A DNA stretch of 64,000 nucleotides from Candidatus Falkowbacteria bacterium (GTDB lineage: Bacteria; Patescibacteriota; Patescibacteriia; UBA11705; JABHMO01). Location: NCBI GenBank assembly GCA_018693855.1, contig JABHMO010000043.1, positions 72,154 through 136,153 on the forward strand, read 5' to 3'. The position numbers and the translations under genes were made by a program. The notes under the pieces were generated by a model. It was not told where the DNA came from and did no database searches. It worked only from the letters and a program-made list of their open reading frames with translations. Below are positions 1 through 9,751 of this stretch, in pieces (the first letter of the stretch is position 1; the number at the start of each line of letters is the position of its first letter).

Positions 1-1
1 G

Positions 2-1048
2 GAAATAGTGACAGAAGCACATCTAAGTACACCAAGTGAAGCAAAAATTTTCGGACAAGAGATTCAGTTAATAATGAAACATCTGGAAGTCTCACATGCA
101 AACATGGAAAAAGGAGAGCTTCGATGTGATGCAAATATTTCATTACGTCCGGTTGGTGATATCAATTTATACACAAAGACTGAAATAAAAAATATTAACT
201 CTTTTCGAGCATTAGAAAGAGCTCTTCAGTTTGAAATAGAAAGACAGACAGTGCTTTGGCATAATAATATGGCACCGAAACAGCAAGAGACTCGTGGTTG
301 GGATGAAGGCAAGCAGGAAACGTATTCACAAAGAGTAAAAGAAGAAGAACATGATTATAGATATTTTCCAGAACCAGATTTACCACCACTTGAGATAAGT
401 GATGAGCAAATTAAAGAGATAAAAAGTCTTCAACATGAACTACCTCAAGCAAAAAGACGTAGATTCATGGAAATGTACAGTTTCACTGGAGAAGAAGCCA
501 AGATTTTAACAGAAAATAAAAAATTATCATTCTATACTGAACAAATCATTTCAGAACTAAAAGACTGGTTAAATACAATTGCCAAAGAAGAAGGGACTGA
601 AGAAGAAATTTGGGAAAAGAATAAAAAGAAACTTGTTAAACTAGTTTCAAATTGGTTAATCAACAAATTCATCCCGATAATCACCGAAAAGAAAATTTCA
701 TTCAAAAATAACAAAGTAACAGCTGAAAATTTCGCAGAGTTCATAACACTTGTCTACACAAGTAAAATCAACAGCGCAGCTGCCCAAATAATTCTTGAAG
801 AGATGATCAAAACAGGAGCTGATCCGTCTCATGTAATGGACGATAAAGACCTAAGCCAAATGGACAGTTCAAGTGACTTAATCGATATTGTAAAAAAAGT
901 TATCGACAGCAATACAGACCAAGTTGAAGAGTATAAATCAGGTAAAGAACCTGTAATTAAATTCCTTGTTGGACAAGTCATGAAAGAATCAAAAGGGAAA
1001 GCTAACCCGCAAAAAGCAGAGGAACTATTAAAGCAAAATATAAAATAG
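2..1048 (+). CDS. gatB: Asp/Glu-tRNA(Asn/Gln) amidotransferase subunit B, C-terminal part (5' end lies outside the window)
   Basis: The translation has a GatB-typical core (…GELRCDANISLRP…) and a C-terminal GatB/YqeY-type domain. The reading frame is open to the window edge. Confidence 0.85.
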   Translation, partial: EIVTEAHLSTPSEAKIFGQEIQLIMKHLEVSHANMEKGELRCDANISLRPVGDINLYTKTEIKNINSFRALERALQFEIERQTVLWHNNMAPKQQETRGWDEGKQETYSQRVKEEEHDYRYFPEPDLPPLEISDEQIKEIKSLQHELPQAKRRRFMEMYSFTGEEAKILTENKKLSFYTEQIISELKDWLNTIAKEEGTEEEIWEKNKKKLVKLVSNWLINKFIPIITEKKISFKNNKVTAENFAEFITLVYTSKINSAAAQIILEEMIKTGADPSHVMDDKDLSQMDSSSDLIDIVKKVIDSNTDQVEEYKSGKEPVIKFLVGQVMKESKGKANPQKAEELLKQNIK

Positions 1049-1054
1049 AGTATC

Positions 1055-1088
1055 AAAAAACCGAGAATGGTCATTCTCGGTTTTTTAT
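1055..1088 (+). terminator. Rho-independent terminator after gatB, built from a REP-like palindrome
   Basis: An A-run is followed by the hairpin CCGAGAATGG/TCATTCTCGG and then TTTTTT. It is the same palindrome family as the hairpin at 4293-4316 and those flanking the RAYT gene. Confidence 0.7.
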
Positions 1089-1134
1089 CTTGCGCATAAA
1101 AATGCCTAATTTTAGTTAAAAATGCCCCCAAAAC

Positions 1135-1163
1135 TTGACAAATAATTTTTATTAATATATAAT
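1135..1163 (+). promoter_or_regulatory. Consensus sigma70-type promoter (TTGACA-17-TATAAT) driving a short non-coding transcript
   Basis: TTGACA sits at 1135-1140, a 17-nt spacer follows, and TATAAT sits at 1158-1163. No plausible CDS lies downstream before the terminator at about 1236-1270. Confidence 0.55.
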
Positions 1164-1167
1164 TTGA

Positions 1168-1272
1168 GTACAAATTCACAAAAATGTGTTATATTACATC
1201 GACGGCGTGGGATACGTTTCCACAATCACCACGCCCCCCGGACTGCCCTCTTAGGCGGTCCGGTTTTCTTTT
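1168..1272 (+). ncRNA. Candidate small RNA of about 100 nt, identity unknown
   Basis: It is bounded by the consensus promoter and an intrinsic terminator (CCGGACTGCC…GGCGGTCCGG followed by TTTTCTTTTT). The region is locally GC-rich and has nested stems (GGCGTGG…CCACGCC; GTGGGA…TTCCAC). Only spurious ORFs overlap it. Confidence 0.4.
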
Positions 1273-2174
1273 TATTCATTTTTCAATATTTTATTCACTT
1301 GATTATAATTATCTATCCAACTAATTGTTCTATCCCTTTTAAACCAAGTCATCTGTCTCTTTGCATATCGCCTATTATCTCTTTGATTAAGTTCAATAGC
1401 ATCTTCCATACTAATCTCATCTTGCAAGTATTTTACCACATTTTTGTATCCAATTCCACTTAGAGCAGGTGATTTAGAATCTATTCCATTATCAAGCAAG
1501 TTCTTCACTTCCTCAACTAAACCTTCATCAAACTGTTCCTTGGCTCGTTTATCAAGCTTTTCGCACAGTTTTTCACGTTCAGTTTTCATTCCAAATTGGA
1601 CAAATTCATACTCTGACTCCCCTTTTTCAAAGGTCAGAGGCTCCCTTGTGCTTGAACAAATTTGGTATGCACGAAGCACTCTCCGAGAGTTAGTTGACTC
1701 AATTTTGTGTTCAATCTCCGGATCGATCTTTTTTATTTCTGATAATAAATATTCAATCCCTTTTGTTTTGAGTAGTTTCTCAGCTTTTTGTCTTAATTTA
1801 GGATCATATCCCTTGCCCAGCTGATAATTATTAACCAAAGCTGAGAGATATAAACCTGTTCCTCCAACAATGACAGGCAATTGATCAGGGTGATCTTTAA
1901 TACACTTTTTACAAGCCTTTAGCCAGTCATCAAGCGTAAATTCCTTATCCGGAGCAACTATGTTAACAAGACACTCTTCTATCCCCTTCCAGTAGTATTT
2001 TCCATTTTCAAGCTCAACTGGGTCCTTATTAGTCCCAATAGCCATTTTCTGATAGATCTGCCGTGAATCAGCCACAATCAAAAAACCATTAAAATCTTTA
2101 GCTATTTTATAAGCAATTTCAGATTTCCCTGAACCTGTCGGCCCAAGTACAATTATGACTTTCTTTTTATCCAT
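1272..2174 (-). CDS. miaA: tRNA dimethylallyltransferase
   Basis: The protein has an N-terminal P-loop (GPTGSGKS), an ADSRQIYQ motif, and the length and architecture typical of MiaA. Confidence 0.9.
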   Translation of the reverse strand: MDKKKVIIVLGPTGSGKSEIAYKIAKDFNGFLIVADSRQIYQKMAIGTNKDPVELENGKYYWKGIEECLVNIVAPDKEFTLDDWLKACKKCIKDHPDQLPVIVGGTGLYLSALVNNYQLGKGYDPKLRQKAEKLLKTKGIEYLLSEIKKIDPEIEHKIESTNSRRVLRAYQICSSTREPLTFEKGESEYEFVQFGMKTEREKLCEKLDKRAKEQFDEGLVEEVKNLLDNGIDSKSPALSGIGYKNVVKYLQDEISMEDAIELNQRDNRRYAKRQMTWFKRDRTISWIDNYNQVNKILKNE

Positions 2175-2219
2175 ATATTTGATACCATGATTATAACGAT
2201 ATTTAACTAATTTTACAAT

Positions 2220-2792
2220 ATGAAAACTATTTATCTAATCCATGGTTGGGACGGGAGTCCTAAGGAACCAATGCATCAATGGATTAAAACTCAACTTGAA
2301 CAAAAAGGATACACAGTCATTATTCCGAAAATGCCAGATCCTGAAGTACCAAAAATTGAAACATGGATCCCCTTTTTAACAGAAATCATACTGAACTTAG
2401 ATGAAAACAGTTATTTAATTGGACATAGCGTTGGTTGCCAAGCTGTTTTGCGATTTATGGAAACCTTGCCAGAAGAAATTAAACTTTCTGGAGTAATTTT
2501 GATCGCACCATGGATGCATCTTGATGAACAAACTATTAAGGATGAGGGGGAAGAAATTGTTGAGATTGCAAAACCTTGGATGGAAACACCAATCGATTGG
2601 AAAAAAGTTAAATCTCATACAAATAACTTTACTTGTCTTCTCTCTGACAATGATCCATACGTTCCCCTTTCAAATAAAGAACTATTCGAAAAAAGTCTTA
2701 ATGCAAAAATTATAATAGAAAAAAACAAAGGTCATTATACAGAAGACGATTCAATCATTGAAAATCAAACTGTAATTGATCTTATTCGTTAA
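2220..2792 (+). CDS. Alpha/beta serine hydrolase of the YdeN/RBBP9-like family
   Basis: It begins IHGWDGSP…HW, carries a GHSVG nucleophile elbow, and is about 190 aa long. Confidence 0.65.
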   Translation: MKTIYLIHGWDGSPKEPMHQWIKTQLEQKGYTVIIPKMPDPEVPKIETWIPFLTEIILNLDENSYLIGHSVGCQAVLRFMETLPEEIKLSGVILIAPWMHLDEQTIKDEGEEIVEIAKPWMETPIDWKKVKSHTNNFTCLLSDNDPYVPLSNKELFEKSLNAKIIIEKNKGHYTEDDSIIENQTVIDLIR

Positions 2793-2811
2793 TACTTCTA
2801 GCATTTTTCAT

Positions 2812-3918
2812 ATGAAACAAGCATTACAAGACCTAGTAAAACAAGCTGACATTCAAATTAATGGCGATCGACCTTGGGATATTCAAGTTAAAAATGAGGA
2901 CTTTTATAAACGAGTTCTGGCCGGTGGGTCTTTGGCTCTTGGAGAATCCTATATGGATGGTTGGTGGGAATGCGAAGCACTTGATCAGTTTATTGATCGA
3001 GTTTTAAGTATTGATTTGGATCAAAAAGTAAGGAATTCAAAAAGCTTACTTTGGAGTGTAGTAAAAGCAAAGCTTTTTAATCAACAAACAAGAACAAAAT
3101 CAAAAGTTGTTGGAGAAAAACATTATGATGTTGGTAATGATCTGTATCAACAAATGCTAGACAAAAACATGTGCTACAGTTGTGGGTATTGGAAAGAGGC
3201 TGACAACCTTGATGATGCACAGGAAGCAAAGCTTGATTTAATTTGCAAAAAATTAAAACTTAAACCAGGTATGACAGTTTTAGATATTGGTTGTGGCTGG
3301 GGCAGTTTTGCAAAATTCGCAGCAGAAAAATATCAAGTAAAAGTTGTTGGATTAACTATTTCAAAAGAACAAGCCAAACTAGCCAAAGAAAGATGTGAAG
3401 GACTTGATGTAGAAATTCGTCTCCAAGATTATAGAGATGTAAATGAAAAATTTGATAGAATTTTGTCAATTGGTATGTTTGAACATGTTGGATGTAAAAA
3501 TTACAGAGAATACTTCAAAACAGTTAACAGATGCCTTAAAGACAATGGATTAACGTTAATTCACACAATTGCAGGCAACAGATCAGTAACAGGAACTGAG
3601 CCTTGGATCGGTAAATATATTTTCGCAAATAGTATGCTCCCTTCAGCTGTTCAAATAACAAAAGCTTACGAGGGACTATTCAGACTTGAAGATTGGCACA
3701 ATTTTGGAACTTATTACGATACAACACTGATGGCATGGCACAAAAACTTCAATGACAACTGGGAAAAAATAAAAGACAACTACGATGAGCGTTTTTTCAG
3801 AATGTGGAACTACTATTTACTTTGCTGTGCAGGATCATTCCGATGTCACAAGAACCAACTCTGGCAGATCGTCTTTTCTAAGGTAAAATCAAAAAGCATC
3901 TATGAGAGCATTAGATAA
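2812..3918 (+). CDS. cfa: Cyclopropane-fatty-acyl-phospholipid synthase family SAM-dependent methyltransferase
   Basis: It has the SAM-binding motif DIGCGWGS and a Cfa-like N terminus (INGDRPWDIQVKNEDFYKRVL…GESYMDGWWE). The start was moved to ATG 2812 to match the Cfa N terminus. Confidence 0.85.
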   Translation: MKQALQDLVKQADIQINGDRPWDIQVKNEDFYKRVLAGGSLALGESYMDGWWECEALDQFIDRVLSIDLDQKVRNSKSLLWSVVKAKLFNQQTRTKSKVVGEKHYDVGNDLYQQMLDKNMCYSCGYWKEADNLDDAQEAKLDLICKKLKLKPGMTVLDIGCGWGSFAKFAAEKYQVKVVGLTISKEQAKLAKERCEGLDVEIRLQDYRDVNEKFDRILSIGMFEHVGCKNYREYFKTVNRCLKDNGLTLIHTIAGNRSVTGTEPWIGKYIFANSMLPSAVQITKAYEGLFRLEDWHNFGTYYDTTLMAWHKNFNDNWEKIKDNYDERFFRMWNYYLLCCAGSFRCHKNQLWQIVFSKVKSKSIYESIR

Positions 3919-3930
3919 TTATATATATCA

Positions 3931-4293
3931 ATGACATCTAACACTTCTTTTTCTATGAAAAAAACACTAACTTGGTTACCGAGAATTTTAACAATCATTT
4001 TCATCTGCTTCATCAGCATGTTTGCGCTAGATGCGTTTTCAGATCCAAACGGGTTTTGGTTAAATTTAGCAGGCTTTTTAATTCACTTAGTTCCAAGCTT
4101 TGCTTTAATTATCTGCCTAATTTTGGCATGGAAAAAACCGCTTATAGGCGGCATTATTTTTATATTTCTATCAGTTGTGTTCACTTTTGCATTCGACACT
4201 TATGAAGATGTAGTAACTTTGCTTATAATTTCATTCCCATTACTACTTGTAGGCATACTTTATCTTGTTGATTTTCACTTGCGTAAGAAATAA
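3931..4293 (+). CDS. Small integral membrane protein, hypothetical
   Basis: It encodes 120 aa with three or four hydrophobic helices and is followed directly by a terminator. Confidence 0.4.
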   Translation: MTSNTSFSMKKTLTWLPRILTIIFICFISMFALDAFSDPNGFWLNLAGFLIHLVPSFALIICLILAWKKPLIGGIIFIFLSVVFTFAFDTYEDVVTLLIISFPLLLVGILYLVDFHLRKK

Positions 4294-4323
4294 CCGAGAA
4301 TGCGCATTCTCGGTTATTTTTTA
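4293..4323. terminator. Bidirectional intrinsic terminator built from a REP-like palindrome
   Basis: The hairpin AACCGAGAATGCGCATTCTCGGTT is flanked by an A-run on one side and a T-run on the other. It lies between the convergent genes at 3931-4293 (+) and 4314-5588 (-). Confidence 0.7.
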
Positions 4324-5588
4324 ATAGTCCCTTTCAACACCCACTCTACCGCCTCTTTTACTTCTACGTCAATAAGATCACCTTCATTACAATCACAATC
4401 ATAAACACGAACTCTCTTCATCTCACGTGAATTGCCCTCACAAAATTCGGACGTTTTTTTATCTATTAAAACAGATACTGTTTTACCAATAAACTTCTTA
4501 CTTTTTTCAAGAGCAATCTTCATCATAACTGCGTGAAGTTCATGCCATCGACGTCGTTTCTCATCTTGAGAAACATCATCTTCAAGATTAGCAGAAGCTG
4601 TTCCACCTCTAGGTGAATAAGTTGCGTTAAATGAAATATCAAACTTAACTTTTTTATAAAATTTCAGAGTGTTTTCAAACATTTCTCTTGTTTCACCGGG
4701 AAAACCGAGCATAATGTCTGTACCTATTGCAATATTTGGATTAAATTTTCTTAACTTTTTTACAATACGAAAATAATCGCGCGCTGTATAGTTTCGATTC
4801 ATTGCTTTTAGAATATCATCATCACCACTTTGCAAAGGCAGATGTAAATAGTTCAATAATTTTGACAAACCTAAAGCATGCAAAACTTCATCACTCATAT
4901 CTTTTGGATGTGATGACGTAAAATGAATTCTTGATATATAATTAATTCGGTTAACTTCCCAAAGCAATTTCGCAAAATTATGATCATATGGATTGTCTTT
5001 TGCAAAATTTTCAACATCTACTGGATCATAAGAGTTTACATTTTGACCTAACAGTTGTATTTCTTTATAGCCCTTTTTTGCCAAAGCCTTAATTTCCGCT
5101 AAAACATCCTTCACTGTTCGACTAGTCTCTCTACCTCGGACATAAGGGACGGCACAGTATGAGCAATAATTATTACAGCCTGTCATAATTGGAACAAATG
5201 CTTGATAACTGTTTGAATATGATGGCAAAACATCAAAATAGTCTTCATTAACATATTCACTTTCATCATGTAAAAACTTCTCTAATTCAGAAAGATCTTT
5301 TATGTTGAAGATTAGATCAAACCGTTTTTTATACTTTTCTTTATCTTCAGGTAACACACAACCAGTCAATATTCGCTTAATTTGCGGTTTCTTTTCTAAT
5401 TCTTTAAGCAGCCCCAAAGCACGATCCATAGCAGTTTGTCTAACACTGCAAGCATTGATAACCACAAAATCAGCTTGTTCCATCTCATCAACAAGTGAAT
5501 ACTTTAAGTGTTCAAAAACAGACTTAATTCGCTCTGAATCAGACTTATTCATTTGGCAACCAAAGGTAATAATGTGGTATTTGCTCAT
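4314..5588 (-). CDS. miaB: Radical-SAM methylthiotransferase, MiaB-like tRNA 2-methylthioadenosine synthase
   Basis: It has an N-terminal MTTase domain (ITFGCQMN), the radical-SAM cluster CNNYCSYC, and a C-terminal TRAM-like region. Discrimination between MiaB and RimO is not certain. Confidence 0.75.
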   Translation of the reverse strand: MSKYHIITFGCQMNKSDSERIKSVFEHLKYSLVDEMEQADFVVINACSVRQTAMDRALGLLKELEKKPQIKRILTGCVLPEDKEKYKKRFDLIFNIKDLSELEKFLHDESEYVNEDYFDVLPSYSNSYQAFVPIMTGCNNYCSYCAVPYVRGRETSRTVKDVLAEIKALAKKGYKEIQLLGQNVNSYDPVDVENFAKDNPYDHNFAKLLWEVNRINYISRIHFTSSHPKDMSDEVLHALGLSKLLNYLHLPLQSGDDDILKAMNRNYTARDYFRIVKKLRKFNPNIAIGTDIMLGFPGETREMFENTLKFYKKVKFDISFNATYSPRGGTASANLEDDVSQDEKRRRWHELHAVMMKIALEKSKKFIGKTVSVLIDKKTSEFCEGNSREMKRVRVYDCDCNEGDLIDVEVKEAVEWVLKGTIKK

Positions 5589-5675
5589 AAGATGTAGCTA
5601 TTGCAATTTTATTTAATTTTACGTAAAATAGCATAACACATTAATAAAACAATATCAACAGACTACCACTTCATT

Positions 5676-6107
5676 ATGTACGAAAAAAGTGGTATAATTA
5701 TCAATATGTTAATTCACTTCTATAAAATTGTAAACAGTTTCAAGACAAATCCAGCAAAACGAGATAAACTAATCATTATTTCACTAATTTTGTCTGTAAT
5801 AATCAACCTTTTAATTTGGATTCTTATTTACACTAAATTAAAACCAGCCATCATACTGAGCGGAAAAGCGGAAGCTTTTATTCCCTTACACTACAACATT
5901 TACATGGGGATTGATTCATTTGGAAACTGGAAATGGATATTCTTATTACCAGTAATCGGATTATTGTTTACTTTTGCAAATGGCATTATTTCTTTCCTAC
6001 TTTATAACAAAAAAAAGATACTTAGTTACTTTCTATCGTTAACAATGCCTCTTATTCAAATTTTACTATTACTTTCGACTCTATTTATTGTTTTAATAAA
6101 TATTTAA
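5676..6107 (+). CDS. Hypothetical polytopic membrane protein
   Basis: It encodes 143 aa and is strongly hydrophobic with four predicted TM segments. It sits directly upstream of mraY. Confidence 0.4.
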   Translation: MYEKSGIIINMLIHFYKIVNSFKTNPAKRDKLIIISLILSVIINLLIWILIYTKLKPAIILSGKAEAFIPLHYNIYMGIDSFGNWKWIFLLPVIGLLFTFANGIISFLLYNKKKILSYFLSLTMPLIQILLLLSTLFIVLINI

Positions 6108-6108
6108 T

Positions 6109-7158
6109 ATGGAAACAGCAATTATGTTTAAAATTGGACTTCTATCTATCATATCGTTTTTAGTTGCTTTTTTTGCAACTCCGTTATTAACTCATTTTTT
6201 ATTCAAAAAGAAATTCGGCAAGCAAATCAGAGACTCAAAATCAGCTCCAATTTTCGCAGCACTGCATAAACAGAAAGCTGGGACACCAACAATGGGTGGT
6301 ATTCTAATTTGGGGAACAGTATTAGTTATTTCCTTAATTTTCGCTGCCCTTGCATACTTTGCCCCTGACACATTCTTTGAGAAATTAAATTTCCTAACAA
6401 GAGAACAAACATTACTTCCATTAGGTGCTTTGATTTTCACAGCCATTATCGGACTTGTAGATGACTATCTAGGTGTCAGAAAAATTGGTCCAAAGGGTGG
6501 TGGGTTAAATGTTGGTTATAAATTAGTATTATATACATTAATAGCAGCGATTGGAGCAGTTTGGTTTTATTTCAAATTAGATTGGGACGTTTTTCACGTT
6601 CCCTTTATTGGCAATTTTGAAATAGGTCTTTGGTATATTCCTATTTTTATATTAGTTTTAGTCGCAACGTCATTTTCAGTTAACGAGATAGATGGACTAG
6701 ATGGACTAGCTGGTGGAACTGTGGCTGCAGTTTTAGCAGCTCAAGGAGCGATTGCCTTTACTCAAGGTAAATTTGAATTAGCTGCTTTTATCGGAGTTCT
6801 AATAGGTGCCTTGATCGCTTTTCTTTGGTTCAATATCAACCCAGCACGATTTTTCATGGGAGATACTGGTTCAATGAGCTTAGGTATAACAATCGGAATT
6901 ATTGCCATGTTAACGAACACTGCCCTACTATTACCAATCATTGGATTCATCTTTGTTATTGAATCGCTATCAGTGATAATTCAATTACTATCTAAAAAAT
7001 TCCGACATAAAAAAGTCTTTTTATCAGCACCAATCCATCATCATTTCCAAGCCAAAGGTTGGACAGAACCAAAAGTAGTAATGAGATTCTGGTTAATCAG
7101 CGCTGTCAGCGCCGTCGCTGGAGTAATTATCTTTTTGATGGACAAAGGCTGGTATTAA
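6109..7158 (+). CDS. mraY: Phospho-N-acetylmuramoyl-pentapeptide transferase
   Basis: It carries the MraY motifs VDDYLGV, NEIDGLDGLAGG and FFMGDTGSMSLG and has a polytopic membrane profile. Confidence 0.95.
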   Translation: METAIMFKIGLLSIISFLVAFFATPLLTHFLFKKKFGKQIRDSKSAPIFAALHKQKAGTPTMGGILIWGTVLVISLIFAALAYFAPDTFFEKLNFLTREQTLLPLGALIFTAIIGLVDDYLGVRKIGPKGGGLNVGYKLVLYTLIAAIGAVWFYFKLDWDVFHVPFIGNFEIGLWYIPIFILVLVATSFSVNEIDGLDGLAGGTVAAVLAAQGAIAFTQGKFELAAFIGVLIGALIAFLWFNINPARFFMGDTGSMSLGITIGIIAMLTNTALLLPIIGFIFVIESLSVIIQLLSKKFRHKKVFLSAPIHHHFQAKGWTEPKVVMRFWLISAVSAVAGVIIFLMDKGWY

Positions 7159-7177
7159 GGGAACACAAAAATACAAA

Positions 7178-7240
7178 TAAGTTACAAATTTACAAATGTG
7201 TTTGGATAGGGTCATCTAAGTACATTTGTAAATTTGTATG
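7178..7240. promoter_or_regulatory. Perfect 16-bp inverted repeat (ACAAATTTACAAATGT / ACATTTGTAAATTTGT) in the mraY-murD spacer
   Basis: The two arms are exact reverse complements separated by about 22 nt. The surrounding sequence is rich in TTGTA/TACAA repeats. Confidence 0.5.
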
Positions 7241-7260
7241 CAATTTGTAATTTGTATTCT

Positions 7261-8583
7261 ATGAAGTTTCCTAATTATAAAAATAAAAAAGTACTTATAC
7301 TCGGTCTAGGTTTACTAGGGCGAGGAGTTAAGGATGCTATTTTTTTTGCTGAGAAGGGTGCTAGCGTTACAGTTACTGACTTAAAGTCAAAAGAAGAATT
7401 AACTGAATCACTTGAGAAGCTAAAACCATACGATATTAAATACACTCTAGGTGAGCATAAAAAAGAAGACATTATTGGATCTGACCTTATAATTCGAAAT
7501 GCAGCAGTACCAGCTGATTCAAAATTTTTAAAATTAGCACAAAAACATAAAATTCCTGTTGAGATGGACGAATCACTATTTGCAAAGTACTGCCCCTGCC
7601 CTATTATCGGAATCACTGGGACTCGCGGAAAAACAACTACAACAATTTTACTTGGAGAAGTTCTAAAAGAAAATATAAAAGATAAAAATATTTTAGTTGC
7701 TGGAAACCTTCAAGGTCAAGCGACCTTACCTCTAATTGATCAAGTAAAAAAAGACGATATCGTTATATTAGAACTATCAAGTTGGCAATTACAAGGATTT
7801 GAAAAAAATGAGATTTCTCCTCAGATAGCAATTTTCACAAACGTATATCCAGATCACTTAAACAGCTATAAAACAATAAAAGAGTATGTGGCTGATAAAA
7901 AGAATATTTATAAATTTCAAAAAAAATCAGATCATTGCATACTTAACAAAGAAAATGGCTATACAAATAAGTTAGAAAAAGAAGTTCCATCACAAATCAC
8001 TTGGTTTAGAAAAAAAGATGTTCCGAAAAAACTAAAAACTAAATTGCTAGGGAATCATAATCTAGAAAATATTGCAGCTACACTCGCAGTGACAAAAATT
8101 TTAGATATTCCAATAGAACAAGTAATAAAAAGCATTGAAAAGTTCAAAGGAGTTCCTCATCGACAAGAATTTGTAAAAAACATCAATGGAATTGATTTTA
8201 TTAATGATACTACAAGTACAACTCCAATTGCAGGTAAAAAAGCCTTAGATAGCATTACAACACCGATCATCTTAATTGCTGGTGGAGCAACGAAGAATTT
8301 GAATCTGAATCCATTTGCAAAAGCTATTACAAAAGAATGTAAAGCCGTTATCTTACTTGAAGGTACAGCCACTGACGAACTTGAAAGAAAAATTAGAAAA
8401 AATGGCGGGAAAGAACTTATCATTGATAGATTTGATGATTTTCAGGCAGCGATTGAAAAAGCTTATTCTCTAGCCTTACCAAATGACACAGTACTCCTGT
8501 CTCCAGGTGCAGCAAGCTTTGGTATATTTGCAAATGAGTTTGATAGAGGTGACCAGTTCAAAAGAATAGTTAATCAACTATGA
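7261..8583 (+). CDS. murD: UDP-N-acetylmuramoylalanine--D-glutamate ligase
   Basis: It has the Mur ligase ATP-binding motif GITGTRGKTTTT and an N-terminal Rossmann region KKVLILGLGLLG. Its position after mraY matches dcw-cluster order. The start was moved to ATG 7261. Confidence 0.9.
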   Translation: MKFPNYKNKKVLILGLGLLGRGVKDAIFFAEKGASVTVTDLKSKEELTESLEKLKPYDIKYTLGEHKKEDIIGSDLIIRNAAVPADSKFLKLAQKHKIPVEMDESLFAKYCPCPIIGITGTRGKTTTTILLGEVLKENIKDKNILVAGNLQGQATLPLIDQVKKDDIVILELSSWQLQGFEKNEISPQIAIFTNVYPDHLNSYKTIKEYVADKKNIYKFQKKSDHCILNKENGYTNKLEKEVPSQITWFRKKDVPKKLKTKLLGNHNLENIAATLAVTKILDIPIEQVIKSIEKFKGVPHRQEFVKNINGIDFINDTTSTTPIAGKKALDSITTPIILIAGGATKNLNLNPFAKAITKECKAVILLEGTATDELERKIRKNGGKELIIDRFDDFQAAIEKAYSLALPNDTVLLSPGAASFGIFANEFDRGDQFKRIVNQL

Positions 8584-9692
8584 GTAATCATCATAAACCT
8601 GATTATTTATTGATTATTGCTTTTGCCGCAATAATTCTTTTTGGACTGTTAATGCTCAGCAGTGCTGGCGCAGCCATTAGTTACCAACAGTTTGGAGACA
8701 GCTTTTATTTTGTAAAACATCAAATCTTACTTGGTTTAATTCCAGGTATTTTTTTATTGTTAATAATGGCAAAAATAAATTATCAGTTCTGGAAAAAGCT
8801 AACTATTCCCCTACTTGGAGCGTCAATATTTTTATTAATTCTTGTTTTCATACCTGGAGTGGGTGCTGAATTTGGAAGCGCCCGCAGTTGGGTTCACGTT
8901 GGAAATCTTTTCTCATTCCAACCAGCCGAGCTGGTAAAGATAACGTTCCTTCTTTATCTTGCCAACTGGTTAGAGAAAAGAGGCGCGACTGGAATAAAAG
9001 ACTTCTACTACGGATTTCTACCATTTTTATTTCTACTTGGAGTAATCTCCATTTTAATGATCAAACAACCTGACATGGGAACACTGTCAGTCATCATATT
9101 CATGAGTATGGCCGTGTTTTTTGCCTCTGGAGCGAAGATAAAACACGTAGCGATGATGGTTGGCGGAGGAGTAGCAGCTATTTACGCAATGATACTGTAC
9201 TCACCTTATCGTGCGGCTAGATTAACAACTTTCTTGCATCCAGAACTTGATCCTCAAGGGATTGGTTACCACATCAATCAAGCTTTTCTAGCAATTGGTT
9301 CAGGTGGATTTTGGGGAAGAGGATTTGGTCATAGTAGACAGAAATTTCAATACCTACCAGAAGCAATCGGTGACTCTATCTTCGCAATTATTGGAGAAGA
9401 GTTAGGATTCATCTTTTGCATTATAATTTTAGCACTGTTTATTTTCATCATGTACAGAGCAATCTTAGTCGCAAAAAGTTCAATTGATCAGTTCGGCAGA
9501 TTAGTTGTCATTGGAATTATCAGTTGGTTCACATTTCAAGCATTTTTCAACATTTCATCAATGATTGGTTTAACACCAATGACTGGAATTCCTTTACCTT
9601 TCATAAGTTATGGAGGAACAGCCCTTGCTGTGAACATGGCAGCAATTGGTATTTTGATTAATATTTCCAGACAAACAAAGAAGAGCAATTAA
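8580..9692 (+). CDS. ftsW: SEDS-family peptidoglycan glycosyltransferase FtsW
   Basis: It has ten TM segments and the SEDS family signature, sits downstream of murD, and has a 4-bp overlap consistent with translational coupling. Confidence 0.9.
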   Translation: MSNHHKPDYLLIIAFAAIILFGLLMLSSAGAAISYQQFGDSFYFVKHQILLGLIPGIFLLLIMAKINYQFWKKLTIPLLGASIFLLILVFIPGVGAEFGSARSWVHVGNLFSFQPAELVKITFLLYLANWLEKRGATGIKDFYYGFLPFLFLLGVISILMIKQPDMGTLSVIIFMSMAVFFASGAKIKHVAMMVGGGVAAIYAMILYSPYRAARLTTFLHPELDPQGIGYHINQAFLAIGSGGFWGRGFGHSRQKFQYLPEAIGDSIFAIIGEELGFIFCIIILALFIFIMYRAILVAKSSIDQFGRLVVIGIISWFTFQAFFNISSMIGLTPMTGIPLPFISYGGTALAVNMAAIGILINISRQTKKSN

Positions 9693-9699
9693 TTATATA

Positions 9700-9738
9700 A
9701 ACAAAAAAGACTTCTAAGTGAAGTCCTTTTTTATTACA
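9700..9738. terminator. Bidirectional terminator between ftsW (+) and the cysteine desulfurase gene (-)
   Basis: The hairpin AAGACTTC…GAAGTCCTT is flanked by A- and T-runs. Confidence 0.55.
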
Positions 9739-9751
9739 TTGATATATTTAT

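Noticed and set aside
7234-7260. The ORF-track start of murD at 7234 (MYAICNLYSMKFP…).
   Set aside because: The first 9 codons are encoded by the TTGTA-rich inverted-repeat spacer. ATG 7261 (MKFPNYKNKKVLILG…) matches the MurD N-terminal Rossmann motif better.
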